From contig NMRA01000305.1 of NCBI GenBank assembly GCA_002633005.1, forward strand, positions 62,001 to 126,000: a stretch of 64,000 bases of DNA. The letters run 5' to 3'. A model generated the notes under the pieces. The model was given only the letters and a program-made list of their open reading frames with translations, was not told where the DNA came from and ran no database searches. The stretch comes from Phoronis australis. Its lineage: Eukaryota > Animalia > Phoronida. Below, in pieces: positions 48,360 through 64,000 of the stretch (position 1 is the first letter of the stretch; every line of letters begins with the position of its first letter). A program made the position numbers and the translations under genes.

Positions 48360-48899
48360 CCCTGTCTATTCCATTGCCATTGCCTTGCCTTTGGGCTTGG
48401 CTTGGGCCAGCTAGAGTCAGAGTCAGACTCGGACTCGGAGTCAGAGACCGGTGGCGGTGGTCAATGTCGTCAATGACATAAAAAAGTTGCGGAAACGAAA
48501 GTTCCGCTGACAATACGGAATCCCATTGAATGACTAACGTACTGAAAAGGCACAAAGAGCAAATCGGCTCACAATTCCGTGACATCTATTGATTTTTTCT
48601 TAGGAAACATCATTGCACCACACATTCCATTAACGAGATCGAGATAGAATTTATCCGCCACAAAACATAAGATTCAGAACGAGGCTAATAATGTTACTTA
48701 GCAATACACCTATTACTAATTATTCCTAATAATGTGTCATAAAAAATGTATCAAAGATTGAATCGTAATTTTAGGGGCATTAATTGTTTCTAAAAATTAC
48801 ACTATTTCGATTATCAGTCCAAATAATTCGCTTTGAGTAAATATTTTAGCAATCGAGCCTGTATTGACCTAAATGACTATTACAAATGTACAAATCAAG

Positions 48900-48900
<1 letters not shown>
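48360..48900. promoter_or_regulatory. Probable bidirectional promoter region for NEDD1 and MBD4/MeCP2
   Basis: Lies between divergent genes; locally more CpG; several CGGAA/TTCCG (ETS-like) motifs at 48490-48580. TSSs cannot be fixed from sequence. Confidence 0.45.
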
Positions 48901-61475
<12,575 letters not shown>

Positions 61476-62229
61476 AGGCTTGCCACATTGCTCATTATTG
61501 GTACCCAGGGTGTGGGTTTGATAAATACTTGCAGGCGGTCTGGTACCCATTGTACCAGACGTGCGCAGGCTGCGCATGTGGGTCCATTGCACTGATCAAC
61601 ACAGTCTCTTATATTCAAAGATGTGTTCTCATTTACTGTGATTTTTAGCAGAGACAATGTAAAAATACCATTGGGTCGATTTTTGGCTGGAGAATCTTAT
61701 GTTATATAGAGCATGTTTTTGTCAGTAGATTCCACGAATGGGTTTTATTACTTGAGGCGCTTGTTTCCAGGTGTGCTTACCCGCTAGGAGATTAAATTTG
61801 AATTTGTAAGATTTTTATACTTTAGTATGGTATGGTATGGTATTGTAATACATTGCATTCCTTTATATTAAAGGACATTGTATTGCCTGGAGTTGCATTG
61901 TGAACCAGTTTTCAAAGTGGCAAGGTCACTATTTTTATGAAAAATGTCTTTTTCGAAATGTTTTATTGTTATATTTGATTGTTAGAAAGTGGAGGGAAGA
62001 CATAGAGACTGAAGAGTGTCTTAACCACATTTGGTAAGAATTCATACAATAAGCCATTTTTTAGCATTTTTACGCTTCATATTACAAATAGTTAATGTTT
62101 CTCTGGATAGTACGCAATGTTGCAGAACAGTATAATTTTATTTTATTTTATTTTATCCAAAAGTTCAACAAGAGTTAACAAGAGGACAGTTTTACTTGTG
62201 TAACAATTTTGGCCATCAGTTTTGTTCGA

Positions 62230-62727
62230 ATTTCAGGAAAGTTTACTTGTATAATGAAGTAAGGTACTATACTGTCTGACATTTCAGGAAAGTTTACTTG
62301 TATAATGAAGTAAGGTACTATAATGTCTGACATTTCAGGAAAGTTTACTCGTATAATGAAGTAAGGTACTATACTTTCTGACATTTCAGGAAAGTTTATT
62401 TGTTTTAAGAAGTAAGGTACTATACTGTCTGACATTTCAGGAAAGTTTATTTGTATAAAGAAGTAAGGTACTATACTGTCTGACATTTCAGGAAAGTTTA
62501 TTTGTATAAAGAAGTAAAAGGTACTATACTGTCTGACATTTCAGGAAAGAAGTAAGGTACTATACTGTCTGACATTGCAGGAAAGTTTATTTGTATAAAG
62601 AAGTAAGGTACTATACTGTCTGACATTTCAGGAAAGTTTATTTGTATAAAGAAGTAAGGTACTATACTGTCTGACATTTCAGGAAAGTTTACTTGTATAA
62701 TGAAGTAAGGTACTATACTGTCTGACA
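62230..62727. repeat. 51-bp minisatellite x~10
   Basis: Unit ATTTCAGGAAAGTTTA(C/T)TTGTATAA(T/A)GAAGTAAGGTACTATACTGTCTGAC; one unit internally deleted. Confidence 0.95.
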
Positions 62728-64000
62728 ATTCTTTGCTATTTTCTTCTTGTACAATACAGTATGTACTTAAAATGGAACTTGCACGCGAACTCCTTATGTG
62801 ATTGCTTGGTCAAATTAGTTAAGAACACAACTGATAGAGACAATGTGAATATGAAGTTCGTTAAAATTTTCAAAATGTTTTCGTGTCGAATATGATCTGC
62901 AGTAAATCACTGAACCGTGTCCAGTAAGTATCGTGACGTGGTGTTGAGGAATAACGCTGCGTGATGCTGGGTATGTTACGTCATTATTGCGAAGGTCACC
63001 TATTTGCAGATTATTTTTTTTTGTTTTCATATTTACAAGTTGTCAGTGATTACAACTGCAGCTTCTTTAATGTAGATGATGTTCAAATAGCATTGTCATT
63101 TAGTTCTTGCTGTACATTAGTATAGTTAGGAGCATTCACTGTCACATATTTAATGTTATGCAGGACCTTATCCACAAGTCTTTGCATTTAACAAAATATT
63201 CAGACACAACACAGGAAAAGTATTTATTTTCTGAAAATAGAAAGTCAACGAATTTGATTTTTGACTGTTTAGTAAACTGTTGTTAATCGGATCACATGAC
63301 CGTGTCTTTTTAGTAAAATTTTAGCAAAGAAAAGAATGGTACATTGATATCAAAACAACGGTGTCAATCACGTGAGTGTCGATCACGTGATCAAATTTTA
63401 TTTGATATGAATGTTATTTGAAAGTGAAACAGCGTGAGGCTGAATAGAGATAGGGATCATTTATTATTTTCTCGACTTGCAAGATGTAGTGCTAAACGTA
63501 CAAAAAAATAATTGACACAACATCAGTCTTTTCTGACATACGGTGCTCGGAAGTTTGCCAAATTTAGCCATTTTATGGGGTCCTACATAACCTTTTATGA
63601 TCTCTGAGTAAGTTTCATTGTCACTAGCTCATAGGCTTTGGGTAGTTAGTATTGAGCGCCTCCTAGTGTTGATTTTGTTTTTCAAGAGAATAAAATGATG
63701 TTTTATAACATTAGGTGACCTAAATTAAATTTTATTTTTTGACAGAAGTTCGAGATTTATTTTTGCTTGATAATCCCAGTTGCAAATCAATTGAGACTGA
63801 CTTAAACCATTGATTTTTTTGACTGCCGGAAAAAAAACTTTTTATGAAACCTTCAATTACATGCTATGAACATTCCCACTAAATAAAATTGGTTCTAACC
63901 CTGGTGTTTAAGGTAACAGGCGGGGTATGGAAAATTGAACTAGACCGTATTTATCCACCTTGGCTGAGACGCGCTCGGCTCATGCTCAAAGGGATGCCGC

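Noticed and set aside
62175-62728. Repeat-protein ORFs (MSDSIVPYF...) or a CRISPR-like array
   Set aside because: Contiguous 51-bp tandem units with no unique spacers and no cas genes, in a eukaryotic context; the ORFs exist only because the unit length is a multiple of 3.

Overview
AT-rich, intron-rich animal genomic DNA, most likely an invertebrate deuterostome (inferred from a fused MBD4/MeCP2-type gene and the transposon complement); it is not prokaryotic. From left to right the window holds: (1) the 5' part of an unidentified minus-strand spliced gene that runs off the left edge (four candidate coding exons, 514-16139); (2) an intact, very recent 5.2-kb LTR retrotransposon (17944-23156) with identical 138-bp LTRs ending 5'-CG...CG-3', a 3-bp target duplication, an LADD reverse transcriptase and a degenerate dUTPase-like insert, which fits the Troyka group; (3) a head-to-tail cluster of TTAA-flanked non-autonomous Kolobok elements carrying THAP and KolX-like remnants plus a nested solo LTR (24916-29643), part of which looks like an unmerged haplotype duplication at a single N; (4) NEDD1/GCP-WD on the minus strand (10 coding exons, 32063-46825) with MITEs and a 5-bp-TSD hAT-like element in its introns; (5) divergently, an MBD4/MeCP2-like gene on the plus strand (about 48900-61475) with an MBD, MeCP2-like TRD/NID motifs and an HhH-GPD glycosylase, plus a plausible glycosylase-less isoform. 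Many MITEs, small hairpin repeats and minisatellites are scattered throughout. All calls come from reading the sequence by eye; no database searches were run.
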